Positions 53,526 through 62,554 of a stretch of 64,000 bases of DNA are shown here, one piece after another. The notes below the pieces were generated by a model. It was not told the origin of the DNA. It searched no databases and saw only the letters and a program-made list of their open reading frames with translations. How positions within the stretch are numbered: position 1 is the stretch's first letter; the number at the start of each line of letters is the position of its first letter. A program made the translations under genes and the position numbers. The stretch is from a virus (Duplodnaviria > Heunggongvirae > Uroviricota > Caudoviricetes): positions 46,193-110,192 of IMG/VR virus record IMGVR_UViG_2864804954_000001; one strand, written 5' to 3'.

Positions 53526-53875
53526 TCAATCCTCCTCAAGTAAACCACACATGCTTTCTTGCTGTGGTTTACGATATGTGGACCAAGAAACTTGGTCATA
53601 AGTTTGTAAATACGGCTAGCTGAATTACCATCTGCTCGACCAATTTCCGAGTGATTATTCGCGGCATGGTACAAACAGATTTGACCGAACGTGTCCTGTT
53701 CGACGCTGATAACTTCTGCTTTTGCGAAAATCATTTTATCTTTTGAGTTTTGGAGATAGACGTGATCGCCACACTGGAGCAACTTTGTCCACTTAACACC
53801 CATGCGAATCGTATTAAATTCGCCATCGAAACCTTCAAGCGGTGGCACGAAGTCCAACACATAACCTTGAATCAT
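53522..53875 (-). CDS. hypothetical protein, possible ASCH/PUA-like fold (117 aa)
   Basis: ORF in ATGA overlap. Beta-rich small domain. Weak call. Confidence 0.35.
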   Translation of the reverse strand: MIQGYVLDFVPPLEGFDGEFNTIRMGVKWTKLLQCGDHVYLQNSKDKMIFAKAEVISVEQDTFGQICLYHAANNHSEIGRADGNSASRIYKLMTKFLGPHIVNHSKKACVVYLRRIE

Positions 53876-53882
53876 AAGAAAG

Positions 53883-53921
53883 CCCTAAACTAAAACTTGC
53901 ATTCTAGTTTAGGGCGGTTCC
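53883..53921 (-). terminator. intrinsic terminator after recA-like gene
   Basis: 11-bp perfect stem GCCCTAAACTA-...-TAGTTTAGGGC followed by TTTCTT on the minus strand. Confidence 0.55.
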
Positions 53922-53940
53922 GACTACTTTTAAGCGAAAA

Positions 53941-55023
53941 TTATGCAGCTTCTTCCTCTACTGCCTTTTCTTCACTTGGTAAGAATGCCTTCAATTGCTC
54001 TAAGCCATCCTCTTGCTCGTTCAAATGCTTCGCAAGCGCCTTCTCGTAATACTTCTTGCCGTCTGTCCACGTCACGTAAGGTTTGCTGTAGTTCACCCAA
54101 CCTTTCTTGATGGCCAAGTTGAGTGTCGATGCGACATGGTCGAAGTTGGCACAGCCGATCTCGTCGTACATCAGGCGAAGGTCACACTCTTGGAACGGTC
54201 GAGTGAGTTTGTTCTTCACGGTCTGCACTGTGATGTTTTGACCGACGAACTCTTTCTCTCCATCAGCACCTTTGTCCATGATCTTTTGACGGCCAAGCGC
54301 AAGACGAACCGAAGCGTAAAACTCCATCGCTTTACCTCCTGGGGTAGTTCGAGGATCACCAAAAGCAACGCCCGGCTTTAAGCGCATTTGGTTCAAGTAC
54401 CAAAAGGTTGCGTTTAATTCTTCGGCTTTGGCTGCAACAACTTTTAACGTCGTTGATGTCACACGTGCTAAGGCTGTCGTGTCGTTCATCGTGTACGTGT
54501 CCATTTCGCGCTCATTGCCTTTTGAATCATGCAGCATTGATTCAGGTACGGCAGACGCAATTGAATCGCCCACAACAAGAATAGGTGCATCATCAGGGAT
54601 TGCTTTTGAGCGACGGATAATCTGACATGCTCGAATGGCAGTTGCGTTACCTTCCTCCCAAGTTTTCGGTTTGATGTAAATCCAGTAAGGACGCTGCGTG
54701 TTCAAGCCAAAACCTTCTGCAAGGTTGACATCAAATGAACGCTCCCAATCAATGAAGATGGCAACGCCACCCATCTTTTGAGTTTGCACCATACACTTTG
54801 TTGCAATGGCGGTTTTACCTGTAGAGGACTCGCCGAAGGTTTCAAGCAAGCGACCGACTGGAACGCCGCCGTCGTAGCTACCTGAAATGATGCGGTTAAG
54901 TTCAGGATTACCTGTATCAATCCATTGTGTAACAGACTGCTGATCGTCGTTCTCGCCAATGCCTTTGTCGAGTGCGAGTGCCAACATTTCGAGTTTTGGG
55001 TCTAGTGGGATTGTTGTAGCCAT
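53941..55023 (-). CDS. RecA/UvsX-like recombinase (360 aa)
   Basis: Walker A GESSTGKT in a RecA-core context (LNRIISGSYDGGVPVGRLLETFGESSTGKTAIA). Walker B IFIDWE. Confidence 0.75.
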   Translation of the reverse strand: MATTIPLDPKLEMLALALDKGIGENDDQQSVTQWIDTGNPELNRIISGSYDGGVPVGRLLETFGESSTGKTAIATKCMVQTQKMGGVAIFIDWERSFDVNLAEGFGLNTQRPYWIYIKPKTWEEGNATAIRACQIIRRSKAIPDDAPILVVGDSIASAVPESMLHDSKGNEREMDTYTMNDTTALARVTSTTLKVVAAKAEELNATFWYLNQMRLKPGVAFGDPRTTPGGKAMEFYASVRLALGRQKIMDKGADGEKEFVGQNITVQTVKNKLTRPFQECDLRLMYDEIGCANFDHVASTLNLAIKKGWVNYSKPYVTWTDGKKYYEKALAKHLNEQEDGLEQLKAFLPSEEKAVEEEAA

Positions 55024-55041
55024 GTGTTGTGTCCTTTTTGT

Positions 55042-56076
55042 TTAGTGCTTGAATGGTTGTACGAAGTTGTCCAGACCTTTCAGAATGGACATGAACGCAA
55101 ACTCACCGCAGAAGTCCGCAAACTCATCACGGTTGTATGCGCCTTTTGTTAGAACAAGTTTCGATTTGTCTAACGGTTGCGGCACTAAGAGTTGCATTAG
55201 CTTGAGATTACGCCCAAACAAAATACGACCTTGACCGACGTAGGCATCTTTGTGTTTCTTTAATGCCTTCTTGTGTGCCTTCTCGTTGTCTTCCGCTGAC
55301 AGTGCAGGGTCTTCAACGTAGATGAACTGTTTCTCCCATTCCTCCTTTGTTAATTCTGAATTACCTTGCCATAATGATCGTTCAGCTTTGGTACGCGGCT
55401 CGTATGTGCCTTCGTCGCATTTCTTCCAGAAGTTTTGTACCGAACCATGCTCCGCAAGTAGCAATGGCGCTGTACCTTCACCGATACCACCTACACCGCT
55501 AATGCAGTCTGAGGTATCGCCGTGCAGGCATTTACCTTGCAAGAAGGCATACGGTGTTTTGTAGCCTGTCTTTTCAAAGAAGTTGCCTATGGTGATGATT
55601 CGAGTATCTTCACGTAGATCGCGCCACGTTACGCCTTCACGAACCAATTGCGCCCAGTCCATATCTCCTGAAATCAACAAAACCGTGTTGCCTGCGACCG
55701 ACATTAGGCGCTTTACAAACACACCCGCCAAGTCATCTGCTTCGAGATTTTTGGCGCGCATCTGTGTAATGCCTAAAAGAGTTAAGACACGTTGAATGTG
55801 CGGCTGCTGTGACTTGTAGGCTTCATGCTCTGCTTGTTGCTTGGGTGTTGAATTGCGATCGCCTTTGTAGCCTGGGTGAAGGTCATAGCGAAATTCTGCT
55901 CTACCATCCCATAGCGCAAGCATTGATGCTGCTGGATAGCTCATACGCAACTGACGCATCACTTTAATGAAGCCAAGTATTGCTTGTGTTTGCTGACCAT
56001 TAATTGAAAGTTTGGTTGCGTGATGACATGCGTAACCAATAGAGTTCGCGTCGATCAAAATAGTTAAATTGCCCAT
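55042..56076 (-). CDS. FEN/5'-3' exonuclease, RNase H-like (344 aa)
   Basis: N-terminal LTILIDANSIGYA (PIN-like) and downstream acidic clusters (LISGDMD, GVGGIGEGTA helix-3-turn-helix). Confidence 0.65.
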   Translation of the reverse strand: MGNLTILIDANSIGYACHHATKLSINGQQTQAILGFIKVMRQLRMSYPAASMLALWDGRAEFRYDLHPGYKGDRNSTPKQQAEHEAYKSQQPHIQRVLTLLGITQMRAKNLEADDLAGVFVKRLMSVAGNTVLLISGDMDWAQLVREGVTWRDLREDTRIITIGNFFEKTGYKTPYAFLQGKCLHGDTSDCISGVGGIGEGTAPLLLAEHGSVQNFWKKCDEGTYEPRTKAERSLWQGNSELTKEEWEKQFIYVEDPALSAEDNEKAHKKALKKHKDAYVGQGRILFGRNLKLMQLLVPQPLDKSKLVLTKGAYNRDEFADFCGEFAFMSILKGLDNFVQPFKH

Positions 56077-56090
56077 ACATATTCCCCTCT

Positions 56091-56119
56091 AAAGAAAAGC
56101 CACCGCAAGGGTGGCTGTT
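56091..56119 (-). terminator. intrinsic terminator after SSB-like gene
   Basis: Minus: AGCCACC-cttgc-GGTGGCT then TTTTCTTT. Confidence 0.5.
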
Positions 56120-56140
56120 CTAGTTGCGCTCAGTCAGCGA

Positions 56141-56968
56141 TTAACCCGCTGCGTCCAATTCTGCAAAGATGTCGTTAAGATCGGAATCTAACGCCACTTC
56201 TGCAACTGTTGAGCGAGAGGCTTCGGCTGCGCGAGAGGTTTCATGCACTTCGATCGCTTCTGCTGAAGGGGCAGCAATCGCTTTCGTTTCAGGAGTTGCA
56301 GCAGGCAATAAGCCAACTACACCTTTCACCGCACCGATGGCACGTTGCATGTTTTCTTCATTCTCTTGGCGAACGTATTCGTCAAGATCGTTCAGGCGAC
56401 TCAAGATTGAAGCATCAAGAGGATGCTTGTTCATTGTTGGCTGAACGCTGTATTTTGTATTCAAACCTTTACCTTCGCGGACAACCTTAATGATGATCGG
56501 CTCTTGAGGGTCGAACATTGCTGCACCCCAATCTTCCATCAGGTCAAGGATTTGACCAAAGACTGTTTTGCGAATTTCGAAGATTTGTGGATCAACTTTG
56601 TTTTCGCCATCTAAAGTGATGACGTTTAACAAGAATGATTGACCAGAGTTTGCATCTTTCAATGCCTTGATTTGCTCGTCATCAGTTACGCTTTGAGACG
56701 CTTGGCTGATTGCCTGACAAACAGGACAAGGTTTATTGAATGTCTTATCAAGACAAGGGTAAACAGCTTGCAATTCGCCTGCTGTGTTTTTGACATAGTG
56801 TTGACCAAAGTCGTGGAAGAAAATTTCTTCTTGACCTTTACGCCATCCTGGCAATAACACAATACGGTTCACGCCATCCTTTGGCTTCACCGTTTTCGCA
56901 CGTTGTTTGATTGCTTCTTGTTTAGACTTTGCCGCTGCTAAGATTTTGTCGATTGCTGCGTTACTCAT
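56141..56968 (-). CDS. gp32-like ssDNA-binding protein (275 aa)
   Basis: RIVLLPGW...FFHDFGQHYVKN...YPCLDKTFNKPCPVCQ parallels the T4 gp32 Zn-binding core (H, C, C, C). Acidic C-terminal tail. Confidence 0.5.
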   Translation of the reverse strand: MSNAAIDKILAAAKSKQEAIKQRAKTVKPKDGVNRIVLLPGWRKGQEEIFFHDFGQHYVKNTAGELQAVYPCLDKTFNKPCPVCQAISQASQSVTDDEQIKALKDANSGQSFLLNVITLDGENKVDPQIFEIRKTVFGQILDLMEDWGAAMFDPQEPIIIKVVREGKGLNTKYSVQPTMNKHPLDASILSRLNDLDEYVRQENEENMQRAIGAVKGVVGLLPAATPETKAIAAPSAEAIEVHETSRAAEASRSTVAEVALDSDLNDIFAELDAAG

Positions 56969-57069
56969 GGGTTTAATCCTTTTTGGTTTGTGTCGTTTGA
57001 CGTTTCAAGTTTTAAGTTCGAGGACTTGTTGACTAAGTGATTTCGAGTTACTTAGTCAACGATTGAAAG

Positions 57070-57094
57070 TATAGTCACGGGTGACTTACTTTTC
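57070..57094. promoter_or_regulatory. palindromic element PAL upstream of SSB-like gene
   Basis: TATAGTCACGGGTGACTTACTTTTC. Confidence 0.5.
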
Positions 57095-57113
57095 AATATA
57101 TTTTTAGCGGCAA

Positions 57114-58214
57114 TTAAGCAGCTTTACGGTTCATTGCTTCTTTGGCAGCCAACACCGCTCGCTCTGCCATTGACAGGTCTTCCGAACGACGTTGAGTGGC
57201 CGCAGGGGTAGTAGGGTCGCCCGCTGATTCACGAATACGCATTGTGCCTTTCATTTCTTCACGACGGTCTGAGCCAAGTTGAATCAACATGGCACGTCGA
57301 TCGTGCATGGCATTCACAAAACCTTTGTGCGTGTCGGCAACCGCTTGGGCGTCAATCAGCTCCAAGTATTTATCGACCCACTGTTGGTCCATGCGCACCG
57401 CATTTTCAATTGCTTTTTCGGTTGCTTTCTCTCCTTCTTTCAGGAACTTCTTGCGATAGGCGTCATACAGTCGCGCTTCGAGCGTGTTGAATTGCTGCTT
57501 GGTGCGCGACAACTGTCGTTCCGCTTCTGCATTCTTTGCAACGTAGTACGCCATCAGACCTGATTGGTCGTACATACACTCTTGCAAGGTGGCTTCGGTA
57601 ACGCGAGTTTCACGCATGAAGCCTTTTAAATCGGGCTGCAAGCTGAGTTTCGCCGCTTCTTTACGTGCTGCCGCTGATACCTTTGGAGCTTCCGCTTCAC
57701 GCGGCTTCATTTCGACTTCAGGGAGCGTTGCAACTTCCGCATCAGGCATGGTGGCTGTCACAGCTTCTTCAATCACCTCGCTGACCGCAATGTCTGCTAC
57801 TGGCGGGGCAACATTAGCAACAGGCGGTGGTTGTGTTGTTGCTGGAGCTGCTGGCTGAATATCTGAATGAACTTCCATCTTTGGTTCAAAGGCAATTTCG
57901 AGACCGACTTGTTGCTCCGCATTGAGCTTGTCTGCCTGCGTTGGCGTCATCGCTTCGAGTTCTGCAATCAATGCCGCATCTTCTAACTCAAATGGCTCGT
58001 CATCTGTAGATGGGTGAATAACTTCTGGAGTAGGCGGTGTTGAGCTGCCTGCTTGCCAGTGTTCATTTTCAGGAACGGGCGTTGCGACCGTAACAGGTTC
58101 AGGCGCGGGCGCGGGCTTTTCAATCGCCGCATCTGTATTGAATAGACTGGCATTCTGAGCTTCTAACTCAGCCATTAAGCTATTTAGATCGTCGTCGTTT
58201 ATATCAACTGTCAT
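57114..58214 (-). CDS. hypothetical protein, acidic/Pro-Ala-rich N-terminus, helical C-terminus (366 aa)
   Basis: ORF between SSB-like gene and dnaE. Possible replisome accessory protein. Confidence 0.45.
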   Translation of the reverse strand: MTVDINDDDLNSLMAELEAQNASLFNTDAAIEKPAPAPEPVTVATPVPENEHWQAGSSTPPTPEVIHPSTDDEPFELEDAALIAELEAMTPTQADKLNAEQQVGLEIAFEPKMEVHSDIQPAAPATTQPPPVANVAPPVADIAVSEVIEEAVTATMPDAEVATLPEVEMKPREAEAPKVSAAARKEAAKLSLQPDLKGFMRETRVTEATLQECMYDQSGLMAYYVAKNAEAERQLSRTKQQFNTLEARLYDAYRKKFLKEGEKATEKAIENAVRMDQQWVDKYLELIDAQAVADTHKGFVNAMHDRRAMLIQLGSDRREEMKGTMRIRESAGDPTTPAATQRRSEDLSMAERAVLAAKEAMNRKAA

Positions 58215-58325
58215 GTTGAATGTCCTTTTTGATTGCTGCTGTAGCGTGTTTCGTTGCTACATTTCTAATGTTAAGTGACGATGTCAGGAAAGCGACACGG
58301 CAGTGTCACTCCCTGAACACTCTCC

Positions 58326-61300
58326 CTATTCGAGAATTTCTGCGACCTTCTCGAAAGTTTGGACAAGACCAGTCATCTTCGACGGGTCGAAGTGGACTTG
58401 TTGTGGATTTAAGCCGCACACAATCGTTGCGTCGAGCTTAGGGTCATAGAAGGACTTACCAATCAGGTCAGCGGTGCTACCTTTGGTGCCTGGTAAGAAG
58501 TGTTTGATCGCTGCTGAACCGAGCGCAACGATAATGCTAGGCTTGATCAGTTCAACTTCTTCACTAATGAATTTCTTGCAGCCGTTAAGCTGTTCATTGC
58601 TCAAGAACTTATCTTGCTTTTTGGCTTTGACTAGCGTCGTGTAATAACCTTCATTCGCTGATAGGTCTGCTTCCTTGATTGCGTTCTTCACGTACTTAGA
58701 GGCGTCACCTTCCATCAAGCGACCTTTCTTTTCTTCCTCCCAAGTAGGGCAGTCCGTAACAACCATGAACTTGACTGTTTTGCCACAGCGCACAGTCGGA
58801 TGCGGTTGACCTTTCAGTGAGCAGCCATCGCACTTCAAGAAGTCTTGAGATAGTGAGATCAGGCGCGAACGCAAGTGTCCTTCAGTTAGATCGGTGGTGC
58901 GATCAGCCTTGACCGTGTCGATGATAAGTCCTGGCATCAACTCGATTTGGTCTTTACGTCTGTCCATGTGATTTGCAGGCAGTTCGTCACTGTCAATACT
59001 GGCGAATGCACCGACCTTGCGTAAGGCTTCGATGACCGCTGCATTGACACCTGAACCTTTAAATCCTGCTGCTTCGACCACTTCTTGAATTGAATCAAAT
59101 TTGCCTTTGACTGGACTTTCAATGTCGTAACCGTAGACAGGCGTTTTCTCTGCATTGCGCTTGTATCGGACGATGGTGATGTCTCGATGCTTCTGTCGCA
59201 TGGCAACAATCTTACGCGCTGTCGTTTCAGATACGCCTTTGACTGCACTGAATGGCGACAGAATGGTGCTGTTGTTTGGAATGGTGAACTTATCACTCGA
59301 CACGTTGATGTCAGGCGGTAACACTTCAATGCCGTACTCTCGCGCATCACGCACAAGTCCAGTGAGTTTGTCTTCACCTACGACCGACAATGAGGCAGCA
59401 AAGTATTCGGCAGGGTAGTGGACACGAATGTAGGCGCACCATACTGAGATAATCGAATACTCGACAGAGTGGCTTTTGTTGAAACCGTAACCTGCGAACG
59501 CTTCAATTTTATGGAAGATTCGACCTGCTTCGGCTGCCGCCACACCTGACTTTGTCATTGCGCCGTTTACGAATTTCTCAGCAAGTGCCGCCATCTTGGT
59601 CGCATCTTTTTTACCCATCGCTTTACGCAAGCCATCTGCTTCTGCGTTGGTGAAGCCTGCAAAGTCAACTGCGACCTTCATTACCTGTTCCTGATAGATA
59701 ATGACGCCTAGCGTGTCCTTGAGTGCGTCGGTCATGTTTGGATGATCGTACTCGACCGCCTTCAGACCTTGACGCACAGCAACGTAATCATCCATCAGAC
59801 CTGAGTCCATTGGGCCAGGGCGATACAGGGCGGTTGCTGCTGCAATATCATCAAAGGTCATTGCGCCACCCTTTGCGATGTTCTTAAGCAAGGCACGCAT
59901 ACCGTTCGATTCAAACTGGAACACGCCTGTCGTGTCACCTCTTGCGAAGGCATTCATCGTCTTAGGGTCATCAAGTGGAATCTTGAGTAGATCGAGTTCT
60001 ACGCCATGACGTTCTTTAATGTACCGCTGCGCAATGTGCAACGTGTCTAAGGTGGACAGACCGAGTAAGTCCATCTTGACCAAGCCCCACAGTTCTACAC
60101 AGCGTTTGTCCCAATTGACCACTGGAGCTTCACCACGCGTTTCGAGTACCGCACGGTTTGCAATCGGTTCGCCTGCAACGATAATCCCTGCTGCGTGTTG
60201 TCCGAATGACTTCATCGTGCCTTCGAGTTTGACGGCATGACTCCAAATTGCAGGATGGTCGAGTTTGAATTTCTCAAGCTCAGGCACAGCACTTGCTGAT
60301 TCTTCAAGTCCTACGGTTTGACCATGATCTTTCAGCACGTACTTGGTGGCGGTCAATTCAAGCGGTGATAGACCGCTAATACGCCCTGCATCGCGCAAAG
60401 CTGACGCCGACGCAAGTGTTGAGTAGTTACTGATGCCTGCGACGTGATCTGCGCCATATTTGTCAACAAGATAGTTCACCACTTTGTAACGTGCCGACGA
60501 TGCAAAGTCCAAGTCGGCATCGGGCAAGTCGAGACGTTCAGGGTTAATGAAACGCTCAAAGATTAGACCGAAACGAATTGGATCTACTTCTGTGATGCCA
60601 AGTAAATACGCGACAAGCGAACCACCAACTGAACCACGACCAGGACCCACAATCACACCGTTGTCTTTCGCCCATGCGACCAAGTCTTCAACAAGTAAGA
60701 AGTATGATTCAAAGCCCATGTTCTTGAGGACGTTGAGTTCATAGCGTAGACGGTCACGATAGACGCCTGATAGCTCTGCTGCTGAAGGCTTATGGCCAAG
60801 AACTTCAACCGAGAAGCGTTTCTTCCAACCTTCGGCACATAGGCCGCACAGGAGCTTGAACTCGTCATCGCCAAACTTAGGCAATGAAACGTCGCGCTTG
60901 TCAAAGGTATATTTCGCCTTGTCTGAAATTTCACCTAAATAGCCTAAGCCTGCTGTCCATACCGAAATGTCGCGCACACCGTTGTATTTTGCTTGGCGGT
61001 ACGCTGCTTGTTTAACACGTTCGAGGATGTCTTTTGGCTCAAAGAACGCAAAGTCCTTCACATGCTGCTTTGGTCGCCATGATTCTGACATCTGCGTATT
61101 CGTTGCAATGGCACTCATGAGGTCAAGTGTGCTTGCGTCCGCATTGTCAGCGTAGCAGAAAGGGTAGGTAACGATCGGCGCTGCGCTGAATGTGTTGATG
61201 AACTCAATTGCCTTGCTGTTCATGCGGTCAAACAATGGCGTATCGACAGGGGAGAGTTCAACATAGAAGTCGTCGCCAAAATGTCGCTGCAATTCACTTG

Positions 61301-61772
61301 CAATGGCAGTTGCATTCGGATGACTGAACAGACCGAACATATCGCCAGTCGTCACAACAACATCCTCAAGCTCTAACAGACTTTTAAGGTCAGTACGGCT
61401 GTGGTAGTAATACTGCTCTTTGGTGTTTGCTGCGGTCAGTAGTTTGAACAGGCTTTTCAGGCCAGCTTCCGACTTCACATACACTTTCGGTTGAAACATT
61501 GGATTCGCTTTTGGTGCGATACCTGATGATTTTGATGGCACGCGGTACGTTGCATCATCATACACACGAAGGCGACAACCGATGACCGGCTGAATACCTT
61601 TCGCTTTGCACTTATCTGAAAACTCCACAAGCGCGTGAACGCTCATGTCGTCAACAAGCGCGACAGACGCATAGCCTAGCTCTGCTGCTTTGTCTGCTAT
61701 CTGTCCGATCTGCAGTAGTGAACTACCAATCGAGAAGTGACTCTGGACTGATAGTGCGTGATTAATTTGCAT
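58326..61772 (-). CDS. dnaE: DNA polymerase III alpha subunit DnaE (1148 aa)
   Basis: PHP domain at the N-terminus (SVHALVEFS, histidine clusters), polymerase core (GPGRGSVGGSLVAYLLGIT, FDIDF-like acidic pair), OB/tau-binding C-terminus. Full length. Confidence 0.9.
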   Translation of the reverse strand: MQINHALSVQSHFSIGSSLLQIGQIADKAAELGYASVALVDDMSVHALVEFSDKCKAKGIQPVIGCRLRVYDDATYRVPSKSSGIAPKANPMFQPKVYVKSEAGLKSLFKLLTAANTKEQYYYHSRTDLKSLLELEDVVVTTGDMFGLFSHPNATAIASELQRHFGDDFYVELSPVDTPLFDRMNSKAIEFINTFSAAPIVTYPFCYADNADASTLDLMSAIATNTQMSESWRPKQHVKDFAFFEPKDILERVKQAAYRQAKYNGVRDISVWTAGLGYLGEISDKAKYTFDKRDVSLPKFGDDEFKLLCGLCAEGWKKRFSVEVLGHKPSAAELSGVYRDRLRYELNVLKNMGFESYFLLVEDLVAWAKDNGVIVGPGRGSVGGSLVAYLLGITEVDPIRFGLIFERFINPERLDLPDADLDFASSARYKVVNYLVDKYGADHVAGISNYSTLASASALRDAGRISGLSPLELTATKYVLKDHGQTVGLEESASAVPELEKFKLDHPAIWSHAVKLEGTMKSFGQHAAGIIVAGEPIANRAVLETRGEAPVVNWDKRCVELWGLVKMDLLGLSTLDTLHIAQRYIKERHGVELDLLKIPLDDPKTMNAFARGDTTGVFQFESNGMRALLKNIAKGGAMTFDDIAAATALYRPGPMDSGLMDDYVAVRQGLKAVEYDHPNMTDALKDTLGVIIYQEQVMKVAVDFAGFTNAEADGLRKAMGKKDATKMAALAEKFVNGAMTKSGVAAAEAGRIFHKIEAFAGYGFNKSHSVEYSIISVWCAYIRVHYPAEYFAASLSVVGEDKLTGLVRDAREYGIEVLPPDINVSSDKFTIPNNSTILSPFSAVKGVSETTARKIVAMRQKHRDITIVRYKRNAEKTPVYGYDIESPVKGKFDSIQEVVEAAGFKGSGVNAAVIEALRKVGAFASIDSDELPANHMDRRKDQIELMPGLIIDTVKADRTTDLTEGHLRSRLISLSQDFLKCDGCSLKGQPHPTVRCGKTVKFMVVTDCPTWEEEKKGRLMEGDASKYVKNAIKEADLSANEGYYTTLVKAKKQDKFLSNEQLNGCKKFISEEVELIKPSIIVALGSAAIKHFLPGTKGSTADLIGKSFYDPKLDATIVCGLNPQQVHFDPSKMTGLVQTFEKVAEILE

Positions 61773-61789
61773 GGGTTTACTCTTACTGA

Positions 61790-62482
61790 TTACTTGCTGT
61801 CATTGTCATTGAGCAATGTAGGGTTTGCGACGATTCGGGCGTCTTCCTCAATGGCAATGTCAAACATGGTGAACAACTTAATGGCGAGCGACACATGGCT
61901 TGCTGCGGTCTCGTTTGACCACTGGAGTTGTTCAGTGAATGTGACGCGTAAGCCTGCTCGATCAAAACCGCCGTCGATTAGCTTTACCAAAGCAACTGAC
62001 AGCCATTTAGGGCCCGTCTTTTCAAGTGGGTTTCCGCCAGTCTTGAGATTTGCTTTGATTTGCGCAATTAAACCCGCCTTGCACAGCTGCGTAGCGAAAG
62101 TTCGCGCCTTCACAGGTAATGCCATGATTAGGGTTTCGGTGCGCTCGTCGATCTCGTAGACGATCTTTTCCACCTTGCTTGCACGTTCGACCTGTTTCGG
62201 CATCGGACGCATTGGCTTTTCAAGGTCAGGCTTTGTTTCTTCCGCCTTCTTCTCTTTGCGTTCGTTACGCGCCTTAGCGAGTGCCTGATTGTGCTTGTGA
62301 AGCATGTCCTCTACATTCACAATGCCTTTGATGCGTTCTAAAGTGGCTGTCACTTCCTGGCCGCATTGTTTATACGCCACGCAACCTTCACAAATTTTGC
62401 TATTGCTGGCATAACATGAAGGTGCGCCAAAACATGCAGGAGCTTGTTGTGCTTCTGCGCTATCTGCGTTCGGTTTACTCAT
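61790..62482 (-). CDS. hypothetical protein with N-terminal Cys cluster (230 aa)
   Basis: CFGAPSCYASNSKICEGCVAYKQC, then a charged helical region. Confidence 0.45.
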   Translation of the reverse strand: MSKPNADSAEAQQAPACFGAPSCYASNSKICEGCVAYKQCGQEVTATLERIKGIVNVEDMLHKHNQALAKARNERKEKKAEETKPDLEKPMRPMPKQVERASKVEKIVYEIDERTETLIMALPVKARTFATQLCKAGLIAQIKANLKTGGNPLEKTGPKWLSVALVKLIDGGFDRAGLRVTFTEQLQWSNETAASHVSLAIKLFTMFDIAIEEDARIVANPTLLNDNDSK

Positions 62483-62554
62483 GATTAAATCGCTCTATTT
62501 GCGCTGTACGCGCTCAATTGACCTTTAGACGTGTATTGATACTCGCTTGATGCT

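Noticed and set aside
5556-57094. PAL elements as plain rho-independent terminators
   Set aside because: The T-run is on the plus strand, antisense to almost all genes. Stems are AT-rich with a 2-4 nt loop. Genuine GC-rich terminators with minus-strand T-runs exist separately nearby (e.g. 45381, 37895, 53883).
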